Of a stretch of DNA of 64,000 nt, positions 41,049-54,834 are shown piece after piece. Origin of the DNA: Flaccisagitta enflata (Eukaryota); NCBI GenBank assembly GCA_965153355.1, contig OZ231126.1, positions 25,792,001 to 25,856,000 on the forward strand, in the 5' to 3' direction. The stretch's first letter is position 1. Every line of letters begins with the position of its first letter. The notes beneath the pieces are model-generated. The model saw only the letters and a program-made list of their open reading frames with translations, was not told the DNA's origin and ran no database searches. The translations under genes were made by a program, and so were the position numbers.

Positions 41049-42087
41049 TTCTCTCCCTCTTTCCCCCTGTCTCTCTCTCCCCCTGTCTCTCTCTCTCCCT
41101 GTCTCTCCCTCCCTCTCTCTCTCTCTCCCTCTCTTTCTCTCTCTCGCTCTCTCGCTCTCTCGCTCTCTCGCTCTCTCGCTCTCTAGCAGAATAAAATATC
41201 AATGCTAGCGTCATAAAAGTCAGGGTCAATTTGCGTAACATGTTTACTCTTCCCTATTGTTACATAAGACTAAAAAAAGGGATCAATGAAAAATATCGAT
41301 TTTTGCGAAAATGCGAAAAAATAAAAAAAGATTCAAAAATTCATAACTTCTAAACTATTGATCGTAGAGACTTCTGGTTGGCGCCATTTGAAAGAGAAAA
41401 ATATGCTCTTTCTTAGCTGTGAGTATCAAAAAATGTATCATCCCAGCCCAAAAACTGCACAACTTGCAAAAATTGCCGCAAACCGAAAATGGAAAACTTT
41501 ATTTCTCCCCTACGTTTCAAAAAGTCGAATTACGTAATTCGACTTTTTTCCAACTACTTTTAATGTCTCCCTTTTTCTCTTTGAGAAGTTTTATATAAAA
41601 AAGAAAGCATTTCTTTTACATTTGCTTAATTTTCATCATTTTGAAAAAAATAATGGCATGTAAGAAAATTTATTTTCCTTCAAAAAAACAAAAATCTATA
41701 GGAGAAGAACAAGTATAAGAAAGTGTTTCATGATAAAAGAAAGAGAAAAATTGAAATAGAGTATTGAAATATAAAGATTTTCAAAGATGATAATCTAGAA
41801 AAAGAAAAGAAAAAAAACAATTCTGAATAAAAAGAAATCAAATAAGTTCCTTATTCTATTACAATATCTGCAGCCAATCAAAAAAACCTTAGTGACTTCT
41901 TATTTCATTGCAGTGAAAAAGAGGTAAAATGCAGTATGAAAAGATGTCAAGAGTCAATCCACTGAAGCACGAATTCCAATTCCAATTCCAATTCCAATTC
42001 CAATTCCAATTCCACTTAAGCACGAGGTCGTGCTTCAGTGGAATGGGCCTTGACTGGCCTAATTTCCAGCCCAGCGTTCGTGATTCA
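40588..42087. mobile_element. Possible TIR element with CCACTGAAGCAC subterminal repeats, inside a family B-like element (about 40471-42323)
   Basis: 11-bp IR tgaatcacgaa/ttcgtgattca, with gtgcttcagtgg/ccactgaagcac repeats clustered at both ends. No TSD seen. Confidence 0.45.
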
Positions 42088-43180
42088 ATGGATAGGCCCT
42101 TTAGGGTACTTCAGGGTACATTAGGGTACCGAAGTTACTATAGGTACTTGAGGTACTTTAGGGTGCTATTGGGTACTTTTGGGTATTTTTGGGTACTTTT
42201 GGGTACTTTCGGTGTGCCAAGTAAAAAGTATTGGCAAGAAAAAACATGAACATTTCTTTTTCTTCAGTGATACGGCTTGAAATCAAAACAAGCACAACAG
42301 GCCAACAGTCGCATGCACCGTTTTATAATAATACACACAACTCATTCCTTCCTTCCTTCTTTCCTTCCTTCCTTCCATTATTTCCTACATTCCTTCCTTC
42401 CTTCATTTCTTTTCAGGTGTAGATATATTTAATTCCTAGATGATAGCACAGTGAGGGGTGTTCTTATCATATATGTTTTCTATCCAGTCATGCATATTCT
42501 TTTGATTACCATCCATGTTGCACCATAGCATGAGATAGAGCTTAGATCAGACCCAAGCCCAGTCTCTCCATCTTTTTCTTTTTTTTTTTCTGTTCCATAT
42601 CCCTGTCATTCTCCCTCTTTTGCTCCCAGTCCTACTCAGGTTCTTTCTCCTCTTTTCAAGTTGAGTTGGTATTCAGACGAATTGGAATATGTATGGGATG
42701 AAAGCATCTCCGTCTCCTTCTTCTTTTTCTTTCTTTTTTTTCCCTCTTTCTTCTCCTCTTCCTTGTCCTTTTACTATTCTTCTATCCAAAACTGAGTATC
42801 CCACTTTTTTCCTCTTTTTTTTTCTTTTTCTTTTGTTTTTTGTTTTTTTTTATCTCTGCTGTTTTTATGTTTTTGTTTTTTTTTTTGTTTTTTTTTTTTC
42901 ATTCTCTTACAAGGAGAGCAAAGCAATCTGACATCTCTCAAAAAAAAAAAAAAAAAAAGTAGAGAGTAACAAGTTCAACTTTGCATGCATTTCATTATAA
43001 GATGAACAGAAAGGATTCGATCGTTCTCACTTTTTCTATTTTCGGACACTTTGGGTCTCTGTCACTTTTAATCTTTGTCCTACTGCCTGACGTAAAAGAA
43101 ATAGACGGAAAATATATCATGTGACTTTGGCAGTGAACTTACAGCCAGTGAGCGAAATCATCACGTACAACTTTTGAGTA

Positions 43181-43267
43181 TTTAGTTGCGGACACGCAAC
43201 TCTATAAGAGGCTTTGTCCGTCCGTCCGTCAGTGCGGCGGTCCGTTGGTCCGTCCGTCACGCGCTTT

Positions 43268-43364
<97 letters not shown>

Positions 43365-43441
43365 AGAAGGGGGGTTGAGGATGGAGTTGGGGTAAGGCTT
43401 GGGGTTGGATGCCCCTGCCCACCCGTCCACGACGCCACTTG
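43181..43441 (+). mobile_element. Family B element (gttgcg subfamily), 3' degenerate, with internal (GT)n
   Basis: tttagttgcggacacgcaactctataagaggc start, which is the reverse complement of the 49953 end. Confidence 0.75.
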
Positions 43442-43478
43442 AGAAGAATCTCTATGAAATCCCCCTTTACCTTTTTGT

Positions 43479-43552
<74 letters not shown>

Positions 43553-43560
43553 TTTCTTTT

Positions 43561-43643
<83 letters not shown>

Positions 43644-43889
43644 CTTACTTTCTTCCTCCCTCTTTCTATCTCACATTCTTTTTTCTTTTTCATTTTGTTG
43701 TTTCCCTCATTTCAAGGACTTTCTTTTGCCGTCTTTTGCCTGTCGTATGTTGGCTTGAAATGAATAATTCCTTTTCCTTGTTTTATTTTGTCAGCCAAGC
43801 CGCTAAGCAGTGATGGAATATGCCGATAAATCAATTAGTTTGACGCATCGCAGCTCACCACCTCCTCACGTATATGCGTGTGTTTTATC

Positions 43890-44178
<289 letters not shown>

Positions 44179-45420
44179 CGCTGGTTATCTCACCTCTCAG
44201 TTAGATGTCAACGCAAAGTATTAAGTGAATTGAGCTAAGAAATTGAGACGATTGACTTATATGAAAGAGGCTTGGAAGGTATTCCGTTAGATCTCCCACC
44301 GCTAAGCAACCGGCGCTTACCTGTCAATTTTTTGTTGGAAGAACTACACGGCAGAGATGTAACGATACTATCGACTGGAAGATTAATCGGGTCGATTTTC
44401 TATATTTCTAAATAATCTTCCTGATTCACCAAAAGACAAATGTATCGGGTCGATTTTTTTTTTCTTTTTTTTGGCACAAAGGAAGCTAGCAAAAATTTAG
44501 AGATGAGATAGATCTCTGATTTAAAATAAGAAATAAGCTTGTAAAACCGAATTATGTTAATGTTGAATAAATAGAAATGGAATAATGAATGAATTGAAAA
44601 CAATTAAAAAAATCATTTGTTTAAAAATGAAAATATGTCATTTGTTTAAAAACAAAAATATGCAGAAAACTATGGAATCGAGGCAAGAAAATTCGAGGTC
44701 GAGTTAAGCTTCACAGGGCTCGCTTACACCCTCAGATTGTGATGCATAAAGAGCAGCGTCGTAAATCGTAAATGCGCGTTCAATTCAACAAAAAAACAAG
44801 TTAGATAAAGTAACATATACTATCTTCGCCAAAAGATACGCAACACCCTGGGAAAAATATGATTTATTGACCATTTTCTAACAAATTTTTGCAATTGAGA
44901 GAGTTTGTAAGTCAATTACGATTTAAAAATAAAAAAAACCAGGCTGTGAATCAAAAAAACAATCTTTAACGCATTTCCTTATTAACAGATGCGATAACCT
45001 TTTCTCATTTGTCCACAATTTTTTCAAGCCTGTGATTTTTTAAACAGGTTTACTTTTTTGCTTGCCATTTCTAAACGGTTTCAGCTACAGAACCCAGATG
45101 GCACTCATCTTTTAGATTTTTCGATGTAGATTAATTTGCCTTTTTGGAAAAAGTATCTAGCTTTTCAAGAAGCTGAGATAACCAAAGTTAAACTTACATG
45201 AAATTTTTTTGATTCTTTTTTTCGCAATTTTTTATCAATTGTTAAAATGACTATTTCCTTTCTTCTGCTTGCCATTTCTAAATGCTTTAAGATACAGTTA
45301 CCAGATTGGACTCATTTTGTAGATATTTTAAAGTAGATTGATATTTTTTTTAAATCTTAAGCTTTTCTAGAAACCAAGATATTCAAGGTTGAAAGTGTCG
45401 CGTTTCTTTTGGCAAAGATA

Positions 45421-46043
45421 CCATCTTGGCCATAAATATGGAAACAGTTAGTGTATAAGTTGATTTATTGACTAGAATTGAACGACAAACATATCAAAAC
45501 GCATCTAGTATTTGGTGTGACCGCCTTGGGCATCGACCACCGCCTGCATGCGCCGTGGCATCGATTCGTAGAGAGACTGGAGGTACGCCGGAGTGATGTT
45601 GTCCCAAACCTTTTGCGCGATTCTTTTCAGCCCAGCGATCGATGTTGCTCGTTCGTGTCGCTGCAGGTGCTTCATTTGGCTCCACAAGTTCTCAATGGGA
45701 TTGAGATCTGGACTGTTTCCAGGCCAACCCTCGAAGAGCTTAACACCTCGATCCTGGTGCCATTTCTTCGTAAAAACCCGAAGTAAAAGTAAAAAAATAG
45801 AAAGATGATGACGCTGAGGGGTAGAATGACTTTTTTTCCTCCATTTCTTTCCTCCTGCAAAAAGCATATGCTTTCTTCTTTCAGCTCTCATTTCTAAACG
45901 AATAAAGATACAGGAACCAGCTTGGTCTCATTCAATAGATCTTTTGCAGACGCGAATTTTGAAAAAAAAAATCATCTCTCTGCGATGAAAATTGAGCGAG
46001 TTATGACACTTTTTAGCTGTTTCCATATTTATGGCCAAGATGG
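45421..46043 (-). mobile_element. Internally deleted Tc1 transposon
   Basis: Perfect 27-bp TIR ccatcttggccataaatatggaaacag, TA TSD, and a transposase C-terminus inside. Confidence 0.93.
45505..45780 (-). pseudogene. Tc1-family DDE transposase C-terminal fragment
   Basis: WPGNSPDLNPIENLW ... LYESMPRRMQAVVDAQGGHTKY* are hallmark Tc1 motifs. The N-terminus is missing. Confidence 0.93.
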
Positions 46044-46107
46044 TAGTAAAATACCTTGGGCTTTCAGCAGAGTTTTCTACCGCTCCCAATAAGTGCTTAT
46101 TTACTCT

Positions 46108-46400
46108 TTTTAGTTGCAAACACGCAACTCTATACAAGGCTTTCTCTATCTGTTGTTTTGTTGGTCTATTGGTCCATCTGTCCGTCCATCTGTCTGTCCA
46201 TCCGTCCATCTGTCCATCTGTCCGTCCATCCATCCATCCGTCCATCCATCCATCTGTCCGTGCTTACATCATGGTGATAGTTGAAAAGTGGGAAAACGAG
46301 CTTTTTGATACCTTTTGTGGATGTTTGAGTGTTAGGGGTGGGTTGGGGTATGGATGGGGGTCGGATGCCCCTGCCCACCTGTCCGCAACAATATTGTTTT
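46108..46400 (+). mobile_element. Family B element (gttgc subfamily), 3' truncated
   Basis: tttagttgcaaacacgcaactcta start, (GTCC/ATCC)n, cccacctgtccgcaac subterminal IR. Confidence 0.7.
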
Positions 46401-46766
46401 TCTTCTTTCAACTACAAATATCTACAAAGCAAAGGTAAAAATCCCAAACGTTTTATGATACCGAGTGGTTTCTAAAACATGTTGCTGTAAACATCACTTT
46501 TATATGGGAAGAAGGCTAACTGACAAAAAATCGACCTGAGGTTGTTACTGGGTCGATACCTTTTTTGGAATCGACCATGATTCGATCGACCCGGTCGATT
46601 CAGTAAAGAAAAAAATCGTGACATCTCTGCTACACGGCTGTGTTTCTTTGCTGTTAACTTACACCCACGAGAAAATTCCTATCCACCACTTATTCGACAT
46701 CCAACACTAGGGGTTTTCGCATTTGGCACATTATCTAGATATCATCTAGATATTCCCTATGTAATA

Positions 46767-47165
46767 CCACGCGAAAAAAAAAAAGACGCACCCCTTCATT
46801 TATGAATAAAACAGATAAAAAAAATAATTTTAACTATTTTTGGTTAAGTTATTTTTAAAGATTTTCAAAAAATCTTTCATTCTAGACCAACCCCAGGTCT
46901 GTATCTCAAACGGTTTAGGAGCTAGAGCTCTGAAAAGAGAAGCACATTTTACATAGGGATCGCGAAACTGAAACCGGCAACATTTTTTCTCAAACTTATG
47001 CCATTTCTAAACGAAAAAAGGTAGAAGTATCAGATTGGCGCCAAATGAAAGTACTTTCAAAGGGCTTAAAAATGGTTTAAGATTTTGATTAGTTTTTATG
47101 AATCTTCATGGCTAAATGAGCCATTTAAAAGTGCGTCTTTTTTTTTTTTTTTTTTTAAAGCGTGG
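46767..47165. mobile_element. TA-flanked MITE, uninterrupted relative of 12331-13540
   Basis: TA-ccacgc..aaaagacgcac / gtgcgtctttt..gcgtgg-TA. The internal sequence is colinear with 12440-12680. Confidence 0.85.
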
Positions 47166-47741
47166 TATCTTGATAAATTTTCCAATGCGAAAACCCCTCC
47201 AGTCTGTCCTTTTTGATAAAACCGCTTTGTAATTTTTGATAGCTTTCCAGCCCTGGGTTGGATTCAAAGGCGAAAAATGAAGGAAGCACGTCAGAGTCAA
47301 ATCCATACCCACTCATTCCTATGACCTCCCATATGTAAGTACACCCTGAAAAAACGGATCCAAAGGGAACGGTAATTTTTCTGAAAAATTAGCTATTCGT
47401 TGAAACTCTTAAAACTACTATTTATAACAAATTACTGAATTTTCAACCTGACCTTGTTAGTATCCACCGTCACTAGTGGTAGTACCCCAATGCATCAAAC
47501 ACACGTTCCCAAAGCGGGGCTACCACGTAATTACGACACAGCTTGGAATAAAATGTCACTCCGTTAATACTTCCCCAAACCGCATCACACCGCAACTTAC
47601 CATAATTGTCGCAGTTACCGCAGTTTCTAACCTCAATATCTTAAACCAACCCTTTATCTGCTCTCTGTTACTTCGTCGTGTATTTCTATGCCACCAACAT
47701 CCTATCCGTCTGTCAACTGTTGGTGCCGGTGAAACGTTCTT

Positions 47742-47804
<63 letters not shown>

Positions 47805-47958
47805 ACGCGGCGGTTTTCATTCTCGCTTCTCCGTGTTTTTATCTGGAGACGCGTTTTTATGTCGCAATTAATCACAGCCAACAAATGGAATGTCAATCGG
47901 GCGACTTTTTTCCCCCTTCAGAACCTTCTTTTTTTTTTTCTATATGCTCATACTTTTT

Positions 47959-48014
<56 letters not shown>

Positions 48015-49039
48015 TGTCTTCTCTGCCTTTCCCCTTTCCTGTTTTTAGTCCGCCTCTTCTGGCGCGAACGGAGACCAGACTGCTGAGGGAGACAATCTAA
48101 AAGAACAGACAGTGAAAAAGACGAAAAAAGACAACCAGAGTAAGAAAAAAGACAAGCAGAGTAAGAATGAAACGCGACCAGAAAAAGAGTAAGTCGCCGG
48201 GGAATAGACATGGCATCATGCAGTGTTCCTGGGTCTACCATTCAAGACGTTTGATAATAAGTCCATCAATGAGTCAATTATCGGGTCTTTGAACAAGTTA
48301 GTAAGCAAGTTAGCGGATAATTCAGTCAGGTTAGATAAAGTTTGCTCTGCAATTTTAGCCATACATAACGTCAAACAGCCATGTAGAAATCAGAAAGCAA
48401 AATTCTACGCATATTCATGAGGGAATTCATTCTAGATCTTATCATCAAAAATAGAGGCTGGTGGTTGATACAAGCCCTGATTAAGTAGTATTGAATAAGA
48501 ATTTTCATAATATCTCTATCGAGAAAAGGCGTTCGACCTCTTCTCCTCCAATCCTTCCCTTTTGTCAGTCTGAAACCCTACCACAACTCCCACCCCCTTC
48601 CTCCACTTCACTCCCCTCCTCCATATAAATCCTCACCACTATTGATATGCATTTATCTCAATGGTAGTTCTTTTTCTTTGTTCTACTTTTTTTTCTCTTC
48701 TCATTTTCCAGGCTGTGATTATCGTCTCTAGTATCTTTCATCTCTACCTTATGTGTAACCCATTTAAATACTCGTCCCTCATCCTTCGCATTTGTATTCC
48801 ATCATTTTTTAGAACTACTTTTTTTCTCTTGTATTTTTTTCAATTTTCATCTTCTATCTATTTTTGCTATTCTCATTTGTTCCACTTCTTCATCGCATTT
48901 CTGTTTCCTACTTCATTCTCTCATTTATCCTCTCTCATTGTCTCATTGTCTTGTTGTTATGTTTGTCTTTCTTCGTATATGGATATTAGTTTGCCTCTCT
49001 CTGTCTGTGTGTCTGTGTGTTTAAGTCTCTGTATGTCTG

Positions 49040-49268
<229 letters not shown>

Positions 49269-49734
49269 ACTTTCGCTTTTGCTTTTCAAAGGCGCGACAT
49301 CTTTTTTTTTCTTTCTTGCTTTTTTAATTTTCCTTTGACTGCTTTGCCTCTCCTCTCTCTTCTTTTTTTTTCATTCTTTTTTTTTTTTTCGTTTTCTTTT
49401 ACTTATCCATTTTCTTCTTCTTATTTCATTTTTTTTTCTCCCCCTCTTTCAAAAATTCAATTCAAATTTGGCGCCAAAAGCCGTCACAGTTTTGAACAAA
49501 GAGTTTGCCCTTCGACCTCGGAAGATGGCGTCGCCGATGGCGAACAAGCAGAAGTAGAAGGAAAAGAAGAAGAAGAAGAAGAAGAAGAAGAAGAAGAAGA
49601 AGAAGAAGAAGAAGAAGAAGATGAAGATGAAGAAGAAGAAGAAGAAGAAGAAGAAGAAGAAAAGGAAGAAGAAGAAGAAAGAAAAGAAAAGAAAGAAAAG
49701 AAAAGAAAAGAGAAAAGAAAAGAAAAAGAAGAAA

Positions 49735-49953
49735 AACAAGTGACGCGGGGTCACAATATCGTTGCGGACGGGTGGGCAGGGGCATCCAACCCCCATCCAC
49801 ACCCCAAGTCCCCCACTCTCATACACAAAATGCATCTAATACACTTGTTTTCGCACTTTTCGACTCGTGTTCACGGACCGACGGACCGACGGACCGACGG
49901 ACCAACGGACGGACGGACAAAGCCTCTTATAGAGTTGCGTGTCCGCAACTAAA
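49735..49953 (-). mobile_element. Family B element (gttgcg subfamily), complete
   Basis: Minus strand: ttttagttgcggacacgcaact ... gtccgcaac ... hairpin gtgac-cccgc-gtcac, then ttgtt. Confidence 0.85.
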
Positions 49954-50000
49954 AATGTGATTTTGATTGTGATTATTACCAATTGCTAAATATTTGTGTA

Positions 50001-50174
50001 CAGTTGAACTCCGCAAAAACAATGTCAAGGGACCAACAAATTGTTTCTATCAAAAATGGATTCTACTATTGCCAATATACAAAACAATTGTAAGAATATG
50101 GAAGGACCAAAATGTTGTATCCGCTATCGGCGGATTTCCATTACTCTTGGATCCGTTGTAGCGGGGTGTAAATG
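50001..50174. mobile_element. Small degenerate pogo/Tigger-like MITE
   Basis: TA-cagttgaactccgc ... gcggggtgtaaatg-TA imperfect TIR. Related remnants lie at about 2060-2125 and 27941-28020. Confidence 0.55.
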
Positions 50175-50939
50175 TAATCATACATAATTTGACGTTGAAG
50201 AGCATCATTGACGATGATGTTAGATTTTTTTCATTAGATTTTTTGCGAAGTTTCACGAATGAAGCGAAAGCCACAAGACTTGAAGGGACAGTTCCAGTAC
50301 TTAAGATCTGATATGTGTGGCAGGTAAGTAGAAAACTTCGAAGAAAAAAACAAACAAACAGAGACAGTCAGGATCACGGGATTTTTTCAAGTGATTCATG
50401 TTGAATGTTGATATCCAAACTGATGACGAATAGCAATATACCAAAAAGGTCAAAATGAAAAGAAGAAAACAATAAAGATGGAGTAGAGAATTGCAAGAGA
50501 TCAATCTCATTTCTCAGTTTCATAATCCCGGAAAGTCGCTGAATTGTGAAATCGAGCAGTTTGGAGACGAACTATTGGGTATCATAACTCATACGTAGGA
50601 ATGTGGAAGCGGTCGATTTTTATGCCGGTTCCACCGCTTCCGCTTCCATGTTCCTACCAACAAGTTGACAAAATCTTTGAAATCGTAGCAGGACTAGATT
50701 TTCATGCCTGAAAAAAAAATTGCCGAAAAAAATTTGTTGATTAATGATGAGTCATTATCAAAAACGTAGCTTTTTTGTTTAGATATTCTTAGGAAAATGA
50801 CTACGTTTTTAATAATGACCCGTTAACTATAACTATTGTCCGGAAATCGAACAGCAACTGCAGCACATTTTTATCATCATCAATTTTTTACCATCATCGG
50901 TTGAGGCTAAGAATAGATAACAATAACTGTAATCCGCGG

Positions 50940-51502
50940 ATAACATCTGTCTCATAATTATTGTCACAACTTCAAATTGGGAAAAACTACACTAGATATT
51001 GACCCAGTGTCATGAAAATTGAAGATAAAGTAGGAACTATATTTTTGAAAATCAAAAAGGTGTTGAAAGTTTGTGGCCTTTCAAACCACAGTAATTACTT
51101 AAAATCATAAAACAGAAAGAATGGTTTTTACTAGATTTTAACTATAAAATTCAAATTGATCAAAACCCTTTACTATTCATCATTTCTAAAAGCTAGCAAT
51201 CAATTTGTCACAGCCTTAGTGAAGTACTTGATTGAAATGACAGGTATCCTATTTGAAAAAGTAGCACCAGAAAACTCATAGAATTGATGCTTTATATTGC
51301 CCATCACTGTTTTTTCTTCAAAACCCTTTATATAAACATCTTATCCTCTACGCAATAAAGAAATCTAGTCAAAATCTTTTATCTTTAGTAAAAAAATAGT
51401 AATAGTTACTTAATTGAAAATATTTATGAAAAGTAGACCAAAGTTGCTACGATTTCATACAGTTTTCTTATGTTGTGACAACAATTATAAGACAGATGTT
51501 AT
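50940..51502. repeat. Inverted repeat pair (MITE remnant)
   Basis: ataacatctgtctcataattattgtcacaac / gttgtgacaacaattataagacagatgttat. Confidence 0.7.
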
Positions 51503-51527
51503 GAGGATTTCAGGAATAATAGATATA

Positions 51528-52121
51528 CAACCTAGGAAATATGTTTGGCGACACCTTTAACAAGAGATAGCTCAACTTCCCGTTGAGATAAGTAAACAAA
51601 ATTTATGAGCATTTTGATCTACGTCGAAAAATCTACAATCTGAGCGCAAACTCGTCTCTGTGCGTCAAACCGTTTAGAAATGCCATGTGTTTAAAGTTGA
51701 TCATGTACTTTCAAAAATGCCCAAAAAAAGTAGAATTTATTTTTTCTTCTACCCTTCCATCTGTGAAATGCTCTCAAATTTCACTAAGATATGACAATAA
51801 CATGCGGATTGCACCACTGGTAAGCTCTTGAGCTCTATTTTTGTAATCTCATGGATTTTCAGTCAGATTTTGAAAGGGAAGTAGCTCAAATTTGCAGCCA
51901 AAATGACCAAAATCTACTATGATTACTACATCCACCTCTTAGTTGTGATAAACAAACCAATCTCGCGGTCCCTTAATTGGATTGAAGATTATTTTTCTCT
52001 TTTGTTCTAGTTAGTAAGAATACAAAAATAACTAAAAACGATCAGATACACAAGTTTTGAGCACATGAGGAGGTAAACATACTGCTAACCCTAAGTGTCG
52101 CCAAACTTTTTTCCTAGATAG
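51528..52121. mobile_element. TA-flanked MITE
   Basis: TA-caacctaggaaatatgtttggcgacac ... gtgtcgccaaacttttttcctagatag-TA. Confidence 0.75.
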
Positions 52122-52563
52122 TAAAACCCAAATAACCTAAGCATTTTTGATAAAACCTGATCTTTGCTTCAACTGAAAGCAACTCTATGATTACAACATA
52201 ACCCTGCAGTGATGGAGCAAAGGCGTATACAATTGCTCTCTTTATATCGCAACAAAATCCAGTGAATTGATTTTCCTTCTCTTCTTTTTCTTTTTTTTTT
52301 TTTCAAAGACGCGAAAGCTGTGAAACTTTTTTTAGGATTCCATACAAAGAAGAAGGAGAAGAATTTTTTTTTCTCTTGCAAAGAATTTTGATGCAAATTA
52401 GTCGTCATTTAAAGGCCCTAATTTGGCTGAGTCCTTTGGGGCAAAGGGAGAGTTGTTTGGAAGTGGAAAGGAAAGGGAGTCATATGGAATTTGGACCAAA
52501 GAGACTCGGGGAAAACACGTCGAGACAAATTTGGCGACGTGGGTTGAAGATGGGTGCTCTTCT

Positions 52564-52857
52564 TTTTAGATGCTTCCTCGCATCTCTTTAAGAGGGGCTG
52601 TCCGTCTATCCATCGGTTTGTTGGTTCGTCCATCCGTCCATCCGTCTGTCCGTCTGTCATGCAAATCTAGAACACACAGTTTTTGGCACTTTTCTGCCGG
52701 GGCGACATCGTTCTGTAACGATCGCTTGGGCGTTTTGAGAGATTTTTTTGATGGCCCTTTTCAAAAGATGTCTTTCCGTCCATCTGTCTCTCTATATGTC
52801 ACACAGCGCGAAACTTAGTGACACTATCCGGACGCATCGTTGCCCGATCGGGCACGT
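52564..52857 (+). mobile_element. Family B-like element (gatgc subfamily)
   Basis: tttagatgcttcctcgcatct 5' palindrome, GTCC repeats, ggacgcatc subterminal IR, hairpin tgcccg-at-cgggca. Confidence 0.7.
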
Positions 52858-53975
52858 AAAGGCAAAGAAAATCTGGGGCACATTCTCTTTAGCCTTGTTT
52901 TTACAATCTTTTGAAACAAATTGGTAGTAATCACTTACACTTGTTAACTGGCCCAATGGTCATTTACACAAAGGGAGAAAAAAGCAGACTTTTAAACGAG
53001 ATACAGTTGAACACTTTTTAAAAAGACGAGTGAAACTGCTTTTTTCTCAGCATAGACGGCGGGTTATGGCAAGAGCCTTGAATGCTAGTCCGAATCCCAG
53101 CACAAAAAATGGAGCCACAATGAGAAATCATGTTCAACAAAAAAATTCTATTCATGAGACCTAACTTATTTGCCTTGGGGGTGATTCATTTAATCAATGT
53201 CTACAAAAGAAATACATGTTGGTCGGGGGTTAAAAGAGACAAAGAATATATACACAGGGGTAAATCAAGCTTTACAAAAGGAATAGGACTTTTGTATTTT
53301 ATTTGTAGAGGTAGACAAAGATGATGGACAGTTGAATTGGAGCAATCAGACAGATTTGATGCCTTATTCAAAGTTTCGTTCATGAAACCAACAGTGTGCA
53401 AAATGGGCCACCCGGTCAATGGTGACTGGTAGGAATTGCATTGACTAGTATCCTTGACGGGTTCGTTAACTTGTGATAAAATCAGGGCCGGCAGTACTCT
53501 GTCCTTAGTGGGCATGCAGGTTAACAGGTGCAATAGTGTTCTACAGAGGCAGTTAGATAACTTAGCAATAAGTAATGCAAGAACCGCTTTCCCAAATGGC
53601 CTACAGACAGACAAACAAGGAGACTGAGATACTTATGATTTACAGGAAACGGTTTCTTTTCTCTCTTAACTTTTATTTAGGATAGTTATTCCAACTTGGT
53701 GAACACTCACTGAACAGAGTCTCAACGTCGTTGGGGACCGTCTTTCGTTGTTTCCTCTTCTATACGCCCAATAGGGTCTTTTCTTCCAAGAGCTTGTAAA
53801 ACAAGTTTTAGGGCCATTCAACAAAAAATTAACTCGAAGCGAAATTGAGATGGTGATTAAGCCGTCGGCAAGACCAAGACTGAATTATTTATCATTTCAT
53901 TCCCCCTTTTTTTTCTTCCTTGAAAGAAGAGACGCTCTCCTTTTCTTTTCTTTTTCATTTTTTTGCCTTTCTCTC

Positions 53976-54038
<63 letters not shown>

Positions 54039-54114
54039 TTCTTCCCTTGGTTCATTTTCCTTTGTTTCTAATCTCGAATCCTTAACTTTCTCTGATTTCA
54101 TTTTCTTTCCTTTT

Positions 54115-54480
<366 letters not shown>

Positions 54481-54834
54481 CTTTGTTTGTTTCTTTGTTT
54501 CCTTCTTTCTCATTTTACTCATTTTCTTTCTATTTGTACCGGTACGCGCATCCATTGTTCGGACGCTCGGTCAGTCTGACTGAGCTATGATGCATTTATT
54601 GAACATGCTGGAGACTTCTAGCATCACTGTTCCTCACTTCATATAACATTTTAACCATACTTTATTTATTTCGTTGTCTGCCATAAAAGAAAATACATAC
54701 ATTTTAAATGGCTGGACGCATCCATGACTTGATTGACGTTGTTTACTTTTGAAATGCCTCTTTTTCCCAACTCTGTCGATGTGTCTGTACGTCGGTCGCA
54801 TCGTCTCGCATCACCACCCTTGCCCAAAAACTTG

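Larger units (their letters stand above)
44820..46046. mobile_element. TA-flanked MITE whose right TIR is split by a Tc1 derivative
   Basis: TA-ctatcttcgccaaaagatacgcaacac ... gtgtcgcgtttcttttggcaaagaTA[insert]TAg-TA. Confidence 0.75.
44352..46629. mobile_element. hAT-like non-autonomous element with nested insertions
   Basis: TIR cagagatgt(a/c)acgat, 8-bp TSD ctacacgg (44344-51, 46630-37), and subterminal ggtcga/tcgacc repeats. Confidence 0.88.

Noticed and set aside
53201-53614. 137-aa ORF in unique sequence, possible LINE remnant
   Set aside because: No recognisable motif in the frames I translated. A lone AGPD tetrapeptide is insufficient.
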